64,000 bases of DNA, from the NCBI GenBank assembly GCA_004431415.1, contig QPMI01000633.1:79497-143496 (forward strand), written 5' to 3'. The notes beneath the pieces were generated by a model that was not told where the DNA came from, ran no database searches, and saw nothing but the letters and a program-made list of their open reading frames with translations. The position numbers and the translations under genes were made by a program. The stretch comes from Cyanophora paradoxa CCMP329 (Eukaryota; Plantae; Glaucophyta). Positions 33,805 to 46,507 of this stretch are shown here, piece by piece (the first letter of the stretch is position 1; every line of letters begins with the position of its first letter).

Positions 33805-35985
33805 ATGACACTCAGCGCGCTAAGGTTCGCAGCCGCCGCCAGCTCCTTCTCCCGCCTACCGCCGCCCGTGCTCTGCGCTCACCGGCCGCGCCTGCCCGCA
33901 GCACTCCGAAGGTGCCCCAGCCCCGCCTCGACGCCTTAGTGTGCACTCGATATCGGAGATGGGCTCTGACCGCCGCGGCGGACACGGCATTCGACGGCAG
34001 CTAACAGCTGCGCCGAGCTAACGAGCTAACACCTGCCCCCTCAGGGAGTGAAGTACGAGTGCGAAGTGTGCGGGAGGCAGGCCATGGTGCAATGCCAGAT
34101 GTGCAGAGTGACGTACTACTGGTTCGCGGCGCCAGGACGCGTCGGCTAGGCGTCCGCTTGGCTCACTCGAGCGTGCAGCAACAAAGACCACCAGCGGCTG
34201 GACTGGGAGGGCATCCACGAGAAGATATGTCAGCTGCTGATCCCGCTACGAACGCCGCCGCTCATCATCGGGAGCGAGGAGGAGCGCATTCGGCGGCAGA
34301 TCTCCATCCAGATGCACCAGGCGCGCCGCGCCGCGCCGCGCGCCCCCGGGCCGCCCCTGACGCGGCGTGGGCAGCGGGCGATGATCGAGATGACGCGGGC
34401 CGAGTCCATCAAGTTCCTGGCGCACGAGAAGTTCGAGCTGGCTATCCCGGCAGCCATCCAGGCGCCCGCCGCCGGCCCCGCTGAGCGCCCCGCGCCGCGC
34501 TGAGCGGCTGGGGCGGGGCAGGCGCTGAGGCTGTCGGTGGACGTGTACGGCGCGGGGGCCATCGAGCTCGTCCCCGCCTACCTGCTCCTCGCGGAGGCCA
34601 ACCTCGGTGCGCCCCCGCCCCCCGCTCTTCGGCGCCGCCGCGGCCGCTGAGGGCGCCGCAGGCCTGCAACGGTACAAGCAGGCCGAGGAGTACCTCTCCC
34701 TGGCCAACTGGAGCATAGTGAAGAACCCGGGTGCGCGCTGTGCTCGCGCCCCGCCGCTTCGCGCGGCGCCCCGCGCTGACGGGGAGCCCCACGGGGGGCG
34801 GCAGACTGCTCGCACGCCGTCCGGTCGCAGCTGCACAGGAACTTCGGCAAGCTGTACGCCTCGCAGGTTCGAGCCCGATCCGGCCGGGCCGCACGGCGCT
34901 CGGCGCTCCGGCGGGGGCGGGGGCGTGAGGCGTGCGGGGGCGCAGGGGAAGGGCGACGACGCGCTGAAGCAGCTCGCCCACGACGTGCGCCTGCCCGCCC
35001 CCCAGGCCCCCTTGTTGCTCACCCTCCACCCCCCCTTCGCCCCAGGTCTACTACTCGAGCCTCATGTTCGGGCCGGAGCACGGTGCGGGGCGTGCGGGCG
35101 GCGCGGGGCCCGGCGGCGGGGCGCGGGCGGCTGAGCGGGGCCCCTGGGCGGGCGGGGCCGGCAGTGGTGACGGCGGGCGGGCTCTTCCAGATGGCGCAGG
35201 TCTTCATGCAGCAGGAGCGCAGCGAGGAGGGCCACGCCGTCTTCGACAAGGCCCGCCCGCCCCGCCCCGCCCGCCCCCGCCCCGCCCGCCCGCCCCTGAC
35301 GCGCACGGGCCGGCGCAGGTGCACAGCGTCTGGCACAGGCACGTCCACGCGCTCCTCAACCCCGCCACCGTCGCCCCCGACGCCGCCCCCGCCGAGCCCC
35401 TCAGTGCGCGCCTGTCCCCCCCCCTCCCCCCCCCCTCGTCCGGGCGGGGCGGGAGCGGGGCGGGGCGGGAGCTGACGGCGGCGGCGCGCGCAGGCGAGTC
35501 GCAGGTGACCGAGGGCATCGAGATGCTCAACAAGATCCAGAAGGTGCGGGCAGAGGGGGGCGCGGTCGGGCCCGGCTCGAGGCGCCCGCCCCGCGCAGGT
35601 CCGGGAAGACACGATGGGCACAGAGCACGCCACCGTCGGCGAGGCGCGCTTCCCCCCAACTCCCCCACCGACCCCGGGGCCGGGGGGCCCGGCCGCTGAC
35701 AGAGGCGCAGATCGCGTACACGGTGGGCCTCCTGTGGGAGTACATGGGCGACAAGGAGCGCGCCCTGGAGCTCTACTCCCGCGTGCGCCCCCCGCCCGGC
35801 CCCGGCCCCGCGCGCCCCCCGCCCGCCCCTCACGCGCCCTCTCTCCCCGGCAGGCGCTGCGGATATACCAGGAGCAGCTGGGGCTGGAGGCGGCGCAGAC
35901 GCTGGACCTGCGGCGGGCGATCACGCGGCTCACGGGGCAGGACCCCATCGCCCGCCAGGCCATGTCCGGCGGCATCCTCGGCTAG
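33805..35985 (+). CDS. ZMYND12: Zinc finger MYND domain protein 12 (ciliary)
   Basis: PKGVKYECEVCGRQAMVQCQMCRVTYYC..HQRLDWEGIHEKICQLLIPLR; IELVPAYLLLAEANLG; AEEYLSLANW; LHRNFGKLY. Confidence 0.93.
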
Positions 35986-38885
35986 ACCCCCCTGCCCCGG
36001 GCCCCCCCTCTCCCCCCCGCCTTCCATCCTGCTCCCAACACACCGGTCGCCTTCCCCGCCCCCACCCCCTCCCCCGCACCCGCCCCGTCCCCTCCCCCTC
36101 CCGTCCCTTTGCGCCGTCAATCTCCATTGGACTCTCGTCGGGGTCGACCGCGATCGCCACAGCGCAGATCATCGCACCGCGCGTGCCTTCCGTGCTGCGC
36201 TCCGTGCGCTCAACGTCTCTGGGGCGGCGCCACGGTGGGGGGGCGGGGGGGGGGCACCCCGTGACGTTCTAGCCCTGAGGTGAGCCTCTGGCTCGTCGAA
36301 TTAGTGACGTCGACGGTGCCTGTCGCATCGCAATTACTCGCAGGCTTAAGCAGCAGGAGCAGGCGCAGAGCTTGAGCTCGAGCATCGGCTCGGGCCTGCA
36401 AAAGCAGAGCTCCCCCAGTGGTGCCGCGGGGCCGCGGCTCTACTGGAAGGGAGAGAGGGGGACTCGGGAGGGGGCAACTGGCACTGGCCATGGCCAGTCC
36501 CATGCATACCGCCAGTGTACATCATGGCATGTCGGTGATTATCGGATAAATGCCTGAAATGATCATGACCTTTACTAGCCAGTAAAGGCTTTCAAGTTTA
36601 AACTTGAAAGGCTTCGATTCTAGGCTTCATTCGCAACTCAAGTTCGTTGGTTAGCAAACAAGGCTTGCAAGGCTTCAACTTTGGCAAGGCTTGAAAAAGA
36701 CAAGCGCAGCACTGCGGCCGGGCCCCGGCGGCAGTTCGCCAATTCGTGCATTTTCCCGTGCGCATGCTACCTGTCGGATAGGAAGTATTCCCACCCGATT
36801 GGGCGCCCGCGCGGTCCAGCGCGGGGCCGGCTCCCTGTGCTGGAGCAGCTGTGGATGCAGGCTGGTGTATTCTCTGTGTACCCGGAAGACTACTGACACT
36901 GTACCCCTAGGACAGGTAGAGGCAGGCCGGCGTAGGCTACCGCGAGGTAAACCTACAGGAAGAGAGACTATGCTAAGGCACTCGGACAGCGTCAGGCACC
37001 AACTAGCTCTAGTCACTAAGTCACCGCAAGGCCAGGGAATCGCGCCATGCGACAACTCCTCTTCCGCTGACGTCGCGTCCGCGCGACGTAGCCAGTCAAA
37101 CCGCGACTCGAGTCGGCATAACCGCAAGAGGGCGTCCCCAACACCGCCAATGGGTGCGCCGCTCGAGGGCACCGACAGGCCCCAAGACGAGGAACCTGAG
37201 CCACAGCCCGGGGGGCAGGAATGCAGACAGCTGCAGGCCAGGTAGAAGGCCAGGTAGATCCCGTCCAGGTCGATCCCGTCCAGGTCGTCCAGGTCGAGTG
37301 CGGGGCAAGGCAGGGTGAGGATGAGCATGCATATGCATGCGTGCGATAAAGCTCGAAATGGCTGAAAAGCATAAAAACCGCAGAAAGTGACACTGGCCCG
37401 AAACTCGCTCCGTACGGCGAGCACCGCAGGAGAGGGGCACGGATGGGAAGTTTCACCGCCTCGGAAGAAAACAACGAGGAGGTATCCGGGCCACCCATCA
37501 GGCCCAACGAAAGAGCGGGGCACGATAGAGTGAGCCGCCGACTACACGCCTTTCTGGGGCCGTGCACCAACGAAGCCCCACTCTACCACTCCTCTGAGCT
37601 CTAGGGCCCACGCTCCAGAAAAGGGAACGAAAGTCGTCAAGGAGCCAACACGCCACCGACCCACACTTGGCCCGACAAGACAGCGCAAGTGTGATCGGCC
37701 GGCGTCTCCAAGAGAGGACAAGGCTGAGGCAAAGCTGGCAAAGAAATCTGCCCCCGCACCACATCTCACCACGATCACAGCGTCGCCCTCGGCATCCCCT
37801 CCTGGGATCCTCGGCGCCGACAGTAGGGGCGAAGTATGGGTTTTGTTCAGGATGGTTGGTAGAGGTTCGCGCGTACTCCGAGTACTCCAGTCCTCCGTCT
37901 TGACTCGCGATTGTTGACTTGAGCCTCCGATCTCGATCCAAGGGCGGCCAATTGTCGAGCGGCGGCCGAGGCCACGGGTGCACGCTCAGACAGCCGACCC
38001 TTGAGCCGCGCGGCGGTTAAGGGTAGCAACGTTAACGCTTCAACGATATCGATCCCGTGACTTCACGCGCGCTAGCGTCAACGTTCCCATAGGGAATTGC
38101 GTAGGAAGCGCAGGAAGCGTAGGGAATGCATATATCTATGGCCTTGGACGAGATGGGGCGAGGACCCGAGACCGAGCCCTCGTTCTCGCGGTGTGCATGG
38201 CAGCGCTTGCGCTAGCGCTAGCGCTCGGCTGCTGGCGATGAAGCCAGACGACGATGCTCAAGCTGGACGCGGCCATCGTCAAGACATGGCACGCGTGCTG
38301 GCCGCGAAACCCATCGGTCGTTCCTTAGGCCTGGTCTTCCTGTGATCTGGCTCTAGCCAGGCTCGTTGGCGAGCTTGGCGGACCATGATCGCAGGAAGGG
38401 CCGGGGTGCTGCAGCGATCCGTGAGACTGCATGTTCACGGTGCCGAGACCCTCGAGATATTGGGAGTCCTGTTTGCGCGTGGCCGCATCGTTACACGGCA
38501 TGCAGTCGGCCGCTGAGATCCGATTCCGTTCCTTAGAATGCCGCATCAGTGAGTAGTGAGAACGGTGCACTGGCCGTAGCTGGGCTCTCAAGCTCTGTCG
38601 AAACAGCACTTGCCAGTCCGTTCCGGACACGGTCACCGGCAGTGCGCGTAACAACAGGGCCTGAGGGCCGTCAGCCCCAGTAGCACCGCCACCGATGGGT
38701 TTCTGAGGCGGAGGGTGGTTCGCCAAGGGCGAGACCCGGATCCCGGCAAGCCGCCGTGTGAGAAGGCCTCAGGGCGGTTGCAGTTTGGCTAGGTTCAGTC
38801 GATGTCGCTCAGCCTACGGACGGCAGCTCCAATCCGTAGCCGGCGCGACCGTGCATGCACGCTCGAGTCTGACTCAGTGATCCCG

Positions 38886-39075
38886 ACTCCTCTTCCGCTG
38901 AAGAGGGAAAGTCGGGGCGTGCCATGGTGGCAGGCACGCGCCAATCGGGGAGGTGCTCTGGCGTCTGGCCAGGGGGCAGCCTTCTGCTGGGGCGCCGGTG
39001 TACGTACTCCTCTTCCGCTGAAGAGCGGAAGCGGGTGTCTGTGCACGTACACGTACTCCTCTTCCGCTGAAGAGC
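38886..39075 (+). repeat. Three copies of ACTCCTCTTCCGCTGAAGAG (partial fourth at 37055)
   Basis: Copies at 38886, 39006, 39055; internal CTCTTC/GAAGAG inverted repeat. Confidence 0.75.
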
Positions 39076-42000
39076 GGAAGCCGTAGCACAGCGAACTGCT
39101 CTCGATACCACTCCCCCTTCGGTGAAGCACCGTCCCCGGTGCTCCACCTTCGAGGTTTCATTTGAATTTGCGAAAACTCTGGCCCTCTGGAGCCACGAGG
39201 GTCCGTGCACGTGAATGGATCGGGGCGGAGTGATTCGCCGAAGAAATTCGCGAATGCAGCTCGAAAGTACGGTGCCATGGCGTGGCAATGCACAACCATG
39301 ACCGTCTCTCTTTCCCGATCGCGAGCTGCAGCTGCTTTCTTCTCGATCCAAGCTCGCGTGACCCACGGATACGGGGTCTTCGGTTTGAATTGGGCCCAGG
39401 GCGTGGCCGATCGCGATTGCGGAGGCCGGTTACGTATATGTATATGTATACGTAAACACCAGGCGCATCGAAGGGCTCGTCGTTTCGCCAAGTTGCGATT
39501 AAATCGAGTGCCGCTCTGTCGGGCTCGAACACGGCGAGCGTCGAGCTCGAGGGGATCGAGGCTTGAGCGTACGTACGTCAGTCAAGCTTTCGGAACACGG
39601 CTTAAAAGCTTTGCATAGCATAGCGCTTGCAATCGGCTGCATGTGCCAGTGTGACTGCGGCTTGTGGCGTTGGTCATGACTGTGCCAGCGACAGCGCTTC
39701 CACGTTTCGCGGCTGCGGGCTAGGCGTCGCGGGCTAAACCTTCCGGGGCGCGCCACTGCCGGGGATAAGATCCTGGGTCGCCGCCGTCGGGTGCGAAATC
39801 GATAACTGTATCGAGTTCGGTCCCACGCTTATTTGTGTGCGCAAATGGCCGAGCTGCGGGGCAGAATTTAAGGTCCGCCGCGCCACTGCCGGGAATAAGA
39901 TCCCGGGCCGGCCGCAGGAGCGAAATCGCTCAGTAGTGTATCGAACTCAAGGATCACGTGCACCGAGACGGAACCCGGGCCTGTCCGCGCGACACTGTGA
40001 CGGGGCAGGCGCCGCGTCTGCGCCGTGGCGCGAAACTGCGTGCGCCGAGGCACCGGGCAGAATGCGAGCTTCACCGCCACCCGAGCACGAAAGTTACGGT
40101 CGAGTTTGTAGGCTATAGCTTCACCTCGTTTCCATGCCGCGGCGTTGCAGTGTGATCGCGAGCCTCGGAGATTGGATCGCAGGATCGCCGTAGCGCGATC
40201 GCGAGATTGGGCCGTAGCCACGTGCACTTCGCGTCAGAGCCACACTACGCTGAAGGCACGCGTGGTGCATTGCCGAACTTGGGGGCCGTGCAGGGCTGCT
40301 GGCCCCGTGGGCAGGCTGGACATGGTCGCGAAATCGCCACGCTCGAGCTCTGCAAAATTCGCCGCGCTCTGCTTGCAGGCAATGCGAGGCGAATCGCGTC
40401 TCGACGCGGTCGAGGTCCGTCGGTCGCTGGGCCTGCGCCGCGCCGGCGTGCGCATGCGCGCGTGCTTTCGAGTTCAACGATTCGAATTCCGAAAAGTTCG
40501 AATTCGAATTTCGGAATCCTTTGAATGTAGTCGGACGGCCTAGGCCGGAGCAGGCTTGAGTTTTGACTCGCGATCGCTCGGTATAAGTAGCGAGTTTCCG
40601 AGCCTCGCTGCGCATGCGACCGCGCGCGTTCAATTTTCGCGCACGTGGACCATGATCGGTGTGATGGCATGCGCGTGCCGCAGTGCCACGGCACGTGAAC
40701 GCCAGCTCAGGGCGGGTTGGACCCCATGCTGGCTGCTTCATAATCATGATCATGGCATGCGCCGGTCGACCGCCTCGCCACAGTGCGATCGCGTTTCGCG
40801 GGCCGCTGGGCAGGCTGCGAGGGCCATGTCGTGGTGCGAAAATCCAACTTTCGGCACTGCGGCAAGGCTAGCGCCACAGCTGGCGCTAGTGCAGCGAGGC
40901 CGGGCGCTGGGAGCCGCTGAGTTTGCCGCGGCCGGGCGAGCCGGTGCTCAGGGTTCCAATCGGAACGGCAGCACTGCTCTTGCAATGGACGGGCTATAGC
41001 TACAGCGCTGCCAGCGCCGCTCAGCCACCCTCGCCGCGGCGTTGCAGTGCGCCGCGGCGCGCGGCTCGGCGCGGATGCGTATGCCTAGGCCTGTCTCGGC
41101 GCTTTCGAATTCACAGCCCGGCTGCACGGCAGCAGCTGGACGGGTATCCAAGTGCCATGCGCGGTTCTGCGAGTGCCTGGCCGGGGCCCCGAGCGCCTGT
41201 CCAACGGTCCGCGCTACAGCTGGACGGGGTCCGGCTCGATCGCGAGGCTCAGGGCTGCGGCGCAGCCTCGCAGGGGACTGCAGGCTCGAGCTCGCGCTGC
41301 GGCCCGACGTTTTCGCGGTGCTCAAGGCCTGAACTCACGGCCGCGCTGCGTGCGTCTTTGAAAATTTCAATCTTCGAATTCCGGCCCGCGCGCGGGGCCA
41401 GGTGCTCAATCAGTGAGAGCAGTGTCCCGGCGGGCTCAGCGAGCTCGTGGCCGGGGCGGTTTTCGCCGCTTCCAGCTCATAGCTGCGAGCCGCTGAGCTG
41501 CTCGCGCGCCACCTTCCCCAACCTGGAGCGCCAGGCTCCAAGTTTGAGCTCGGACGCGGCGCTGCAGCTGCAGCTGGCAAGGCGCTGGCAAGAGCTTAGG
41601 CTCGAGGAGACGTCGACGTCGACAAGCTCAGTGCCGCAGTGCAACACTCGCCGAGTCGACGTCGGCCGTGACCAGATCGGGGGCCTTAAAGCTCGACGAT
41701 CTCATCGCGAGTGTGAAGTCAAGGCTCGGTTTTCGCGACGCCGATCGCAATCATCGTCCCGGCCGCGGGCTGGCGACGGGTTTTCGCGAGGCCGAGGCTC
41801 GCCGCGCGCGAATTCGCTGGGCTCCGGCGAAACGCAAGCTCTGCAGCTGACAGGCGAGCTATGACCTGCGCCCAGGCCGCCTCGGGGCTCGCGGGGGCCG
41901 TACGCCTACGACCACTGGGCCAGGACGCCCGTCAGGCGAAGGCTGAGGGCCTTACGCGTCGGCCGTTTCGCCCATATTGCCGAGTCGGTTGTCTTGGATG

Positions 42001-44638
42001 CACGCGAAAATTGAACGCGGATCCGCTAGCCTAGCAGCGCGGGGCGCCAGCCGCGCTGAGCTCAAGAGATCTAGAGGGGCGGCGGTACCGGTTGCAACTG
42101 CATTGCCATCGGCAAGCCCTCGAGCTCGGGAAGCCTGGCACCGCGGGGTGCCAGCCCAAGAGAGGGCGCGCGGCGGTAAATGCAATTCAAATGATTGCGT
42201 TCGAGGCGAGCGGTTTCATTGCGTGCTGGCGCAGCCTTTTGCGCCCGGCGTCCGCTGGGGCACTAGCGCTGCTCGCGGCCGAGCGCCGATCGGATAACGG
42301 CGTGAAGTTCACGGATCCGGGTCTGAGTTCGGAATTTTGGAGCCAGGTGCACGTGGCGCTCATGATCAGGCCTGGGACTGGGGGCGCCAGTTGCAGGCTG
42401 GGCCGCGAGGCCTCATGATCAGCTGGCCCGTACGCTTGGCCAGTGGGGCCGTGGACTCGCTGGGTCCTGCGGGCCGGGCAGGAGTGCCAGGCCTCGTGAT
42501 TGAGACCGCGACCGCGTCTAGCGAGTGCCGAAGTGCTAGCTATAGGCGTCGGCGGCTGAATCAGGGCCGCGGTTTGAGTTCGAAACAGGCACTCGCGGGG
42601 CCGCGTGATCGCGAGTTTCGGCGCCCGCTGGCCTGGGGTTGGGACCTAGTTTTGCGCTCGGTCGCGAAAATATGCCGCTGGGGCGGCGGGGCGCATGCTT
42701 AAGAGGACGGCGTTCGAGGAGGCTCAGGGCGCCGGCGCCGGCGGTTACGCCCGGCGGTCGGCTTGTGCAGCCTCGCGCGCCCCGAACCCGGCGGCCACTC
42801 AACGGCCGGGTCATCAGCGCCGCCGCAGTGCTCGCAGCCAAGTGCTCGCCGATTCGGCGATGATGATGGCGCAGAGCCCCCGCAGGCTCTGAGCCTAGCT
42901 CCGAGGCTCTGTGGGTGCCAGCGCTCAGCCCGACAGGCTGACCATATACAGGCCTCAGCTGAAATTCTCGAATTGGAGCCGGAGCGCCGGCCGCGGGCCT
43001 CGAGCATGCGCATGCACGGTGCTCTAGATCATCGGATCTAGACCTCCGAGGCTCATGACCAGCCGCTGAGCCCCAGGCCGCGCCACTGGGCCGGGACCGC
43101 GGGTTGCAGGAGCTCGAGCGGCAGCTTGGGGGTCCGAGGAGGCTTTCCGCTTCGAACTAGCTGCCACGGGTGCCGCGGCGCGGGGTAGTCAGCTGCAGTT
43201 GCGATCTGGGTCCGTGCCCAGCTGCATGTGCAGCTGCCAGGCTGCAGCCGCTGAGCTGCAGCCGAGTTCGGTTTGCGAATGCAAAGCGATTTGCAGACCG
43301 CGAAGCGCGTGGCCGCTGGATTGTGGGGCCCTGGCTAGGGAGCCGTAGGGGACAGGCTTGGCGCGCAAGGCGCCGCCAGCGGCTGGGCCTTAAGCTTGTA
43401 GGGCTCGAGCCCAACCGCAATTGCGGCTTGCAACGCCGATCGGCAGCTGGCCCAGTGGGCATGCAGCGGCAGGCGACGCCAGCACGGCGCCGTCGGAGTC
43501 GTTCGAATTTCGCTTGCTTCGCCGCGAGAAAACTCGGGGGTCGAAGGCAAGGGGCCTCCGCGGCCGAGCTCGAGGCTCGTGCGGGGTGAATTTCCCGGTT
43601 TCGCGGGCAGGATCATCGGACCCCGGAAGGGCCCTGCTGCGAAAACGGTATACGGGGCACGCCGGGGGCGAGCCGTGTGCCTCGCTATAGACCCTCAGGG
43701 CCTGCCGGCTGCTGCTGCCCGGGATAGGCCGGGCCATGCCGTGCGGGGGCACTGGCGTCAGCTCTGGCACCTCCCGCACGTGCACGCGCAACTTGGCAAG
43801 CCATTGAGTCTAAGTTCAAAGCCATCATGGCATGGGGGCGAGAGAGGCGTCTCGCTCGCGCGCAACGTCGCAACGTCGCGCAACCTCTAGATCGATATCT
43901 AGATCATCGGATCCGATGATCTGAGACTCGAGATCCGGGCCGGTCACATGCTCAGCTGCAACGCGGCTTGCAGCCTCAAGGCTTCGGGACCTATAGCTTG
44001 GCCCGGCGGCTGAGCCTGGGCCACAGCTTATATCATCCGATGATCAGCTTCCGGAGTTCCGAATCCAACTGGGCAAGGTCCGATCCCGGCCTGCGGCTCG
44101 AGCTTGCAGCCGATCCGTACGGAGCTGGCCATGGATTCGGATTCGCACACAATATTGCTGGCTTGGCGACTCTCTCAGCAAGCTTAAGCCGGCCGGATCC
44201 GCCGCGGCCGGCGCTGACGCTCGTAGCCAGAAGCGTGAGCGGGCCCTGGGCTGGTGTTCGAGCTCACGAGGAAGCAGCCGCAGCCTGCCGGCAGGTGCTG
44301 TCCCGGGGCCAGAACCAGAGCTTCTGAAAAGCCTTTGAAGCTCAGCGGCTCGTGCGAACAGCAAGCTCAGATGGGCTTCAGGCTAGGGTCCGCTTTCCGA
44401 GGGCCCAGGCCCTGAGGGCTCGGGGGACTGAGCTGTGCCTACAGTAGCATGTGCAGTGTAATTAAGGCTAGCACTGGAGCCGGGGTCGCCCCGTAGCTAG
44501 AGCCTTGAATTCGAAGGCACGCCGCTGGGCCGCGCGCGTGGCCGGGCCACGAGCTCGAGCTCGCAATCGAGCCTTTGATTTTGCGGCTTGCCCTGTTTGC
44601 CCTCACGGCGTCCACTCCCCCTTCTCGCTAGCACCGTC

Positions 44639-44733
44639 ACACATATGTATAAACTTATTTAAATCCCTCGTTCATCTCGATCGCTTCGCGATCTCGATTC
44701 ACTCAGGATTTAAATAAGTTTATACATATGTGT
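44639..44733 (-). repeat. Terminal hairpin of PLV-B: 28-bp perfect stem, 39-nt loop containing GATCGC-GAA-GCGATC on the minus strand
   Basis: 44639-44666 ACACATATGTATAAACTTATTTAAATCC is the exact reverse complement of 44706-44733. Confidence 0.95.
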
Positions 44734-45006
44734 CAAAATTAATACTAAAATACGTATTTATCGATTAAATTCTTTAACTTTTTATGCAAACTTTGTATAA
44801 ATTAATGCAAACTTTGTATTAAAAAATGAAAAACGCGTTTAACTTTATGCATATTTACGATTGCATCAATTGATCTTATATCGATTGATTATGTTATTTG
44901 TCGATTACATATAAAACTGCGATTAATTTGCATTAAACTACTTAAAGATCGATATAATCGCGATTAAATTGCATAAATTCGCATAAACTCGATATATCTC
45001 TCTTGT

Positions 45007-45308
45007 ATTGAAGTAGACCACCGCCCATTCTGTATCGAAAAACGCAAAAAGTGTCACAGAGTTGCATTGTGTCCAATTGAACAATCGATGAGATTGCTGA
45101 TTTGCATTTTTGCACCCAAAAACTGTCACAGAGTTGCATTATCTCCAATTAAACAATCGATTATAATGGGGATGGGCACTTTTGCACCCAAAAAGTGACA
45201 CATAGTTGCATGGTCTCCAATTAAACAATCGATGAGATTGCGGATGTATATTTTAGATCGAAAAGTGTCACAGAGGTGCATGGTCTCCAATTGAACAATC
45301 GATTAGAT
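45007..45308 (-). repeat. Conserved 25-bp box plus four copies of the same 31-bp subterminal repeat
   Basis: Box 45007-45031 matches reverse complement of 12304-12328 at 24/25; repeats at 45064, 45136, 45208, 45278. Confidence 0.9.
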
Positions 45309-45420
45309 TGCATATGTTCTATAAAACAGAATAATTGAGATCAAGTGTGACAGGTAGTATTCAAATGATATTCAGTAAGAGATATTTTTGTTTTTGAGAC
45401 AAGCAGTAAGAGGGGTAGAA

Positions 45421-45890
45421 TGTCTGTGACGCCTGTGACGGCTGTGACGCCTGTTTTCAGAAGTCTGTCATTTTTGAAAATTTTAAAAAGTTTGAAAATA
45501 GGCGTCACAGGCGTCACAGGCGTCACACACAATTAAATTAGGTGTCACAGCGAAATTGCAGACCATTTCCAGTAAGACAACTTCGCATTTTCAAAAAGGT
45601 TGATTAATGGATAGTGTTTTGGAGGTGTCAGAGGTGTCACAAGACGGATTTCAGTAAGACAAGAATATATTCTCGAAAATCTCAGTAAGAGAAAGAGATT
45701 CCATTTTTAATTGGGTGTGACGCCTGTGACGGCTGTGACGGCTGTTTTCAGAAGTATGTAGATTTTTGAAATTTTAAAAAGTTTGAAAGTAGGCGTCACA
45801 GGCGTCACAGGCGTCACAGTCAATTAAAGAGGCGTCACAGTCAATTAAAAAGTTGTCACACCCGATTATCTGACCATTTTCAGTAAGACC
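45421..45890. repeat. Two subterminal copies of origin-like module B: (TGTGACGCC)x3 - AT core - (GGCGTCACA)x3+
   Basis: ~45425-45550 and ~45716-45860, both near-identical to 61840-61972. Confidence 0.88.
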
Positions 45891-45919
45891 ATCTGAAATT
45901 CTGAATTTCTCAGTGTCAA

Positions 45920-46321
45920 CTAACTCGGAAATCGCAATACTCTATGTTTCTCCAATTTCTCCAACCCTGAAAACACACCTGTTATTCTCTCATCTATCTC
46001 ATGAGATACTCTCGTGGTTTTTCTCTCTGCTTCTAATCCACAACTGAATATATCAATCGCCAGCATACCTTCATTTGAGTAACAATGAGCAGTGCAGTGG
46101 CTCTCATCCAGCAGAAGAACCATTGCAAAACCAGGAGGAGAAATACCACCATCGAAAATCTCGCAATGCTTGTGAACTACTCGAATACCTTGCTCTTGAA
46201 TAATAGTTTGTAAGAACTGCATTAACCACCTGGTTGTTGTCTTCAAGTCCTCCACTCCTATTGCTAATTGGTTTTTGAACTTGTAATCCAGCATTACATG
46301 GAAGCCTCGATGAGTATTCAT
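45920..46321 (-). CDS. speD: Prokaryotic-type S-adenosylmethionine decarboxylase proenzyme (SpeD/SpeH family)
   Basis: G.HVMLD, PPGFAMVLLLDESHCTAHCYSNEGMLAIDIFSCG with the ES self-cleavage site. Confidence 0.88.
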   Translation of the reverse strand: MNTHRGFHVMLDYKFKNQLAIGVEDLKTTTRWLMQFLQTIIQEQGIRVVHKHCEIFDGGISPPGFAMVLLLDESHCTAHCYSNEGMLAIDIFSCGLEAERKTTRVSHEIDERITGVFSGLEKLEKHRVLRFPS

Positions 46322-46507
46322 TTATGAATAATTTAGAAAAATTAAAAACGCGATTGGTAGAATGCGAACCATCTTAGCAAGAGTGCTACCTTATGAGTTG
46401 GTGGATATCATTCTTCTGCACTACCACAAGACCTGTCCAAACTGCTTTGACACATGCATAATCACAAAGGGAAAATGGGGAATGATCCTCATTTCTCTCT
46501 CAAAGAT

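Noticed and set aside
36680-38040. DIRS/LTR retrotransposon
   Set aside because: Composition is suggestive, but no RT, recombinase or gag motif and no paired terminal repeats were found
16379-44500. Numerous long Arg/Pro/Ala/Gly-rich ORFs on both strands
   Set aside because: Expected from stop-codon scarcity at very high GC; they are shadows or intron read-through of spliced genes
44938-45532. Short ORFs in PLV-B terminal repeats (and 56119-56334)
   Set aside because: Translations of DNA repeats (VTPVTP, TETS) with no coding signal
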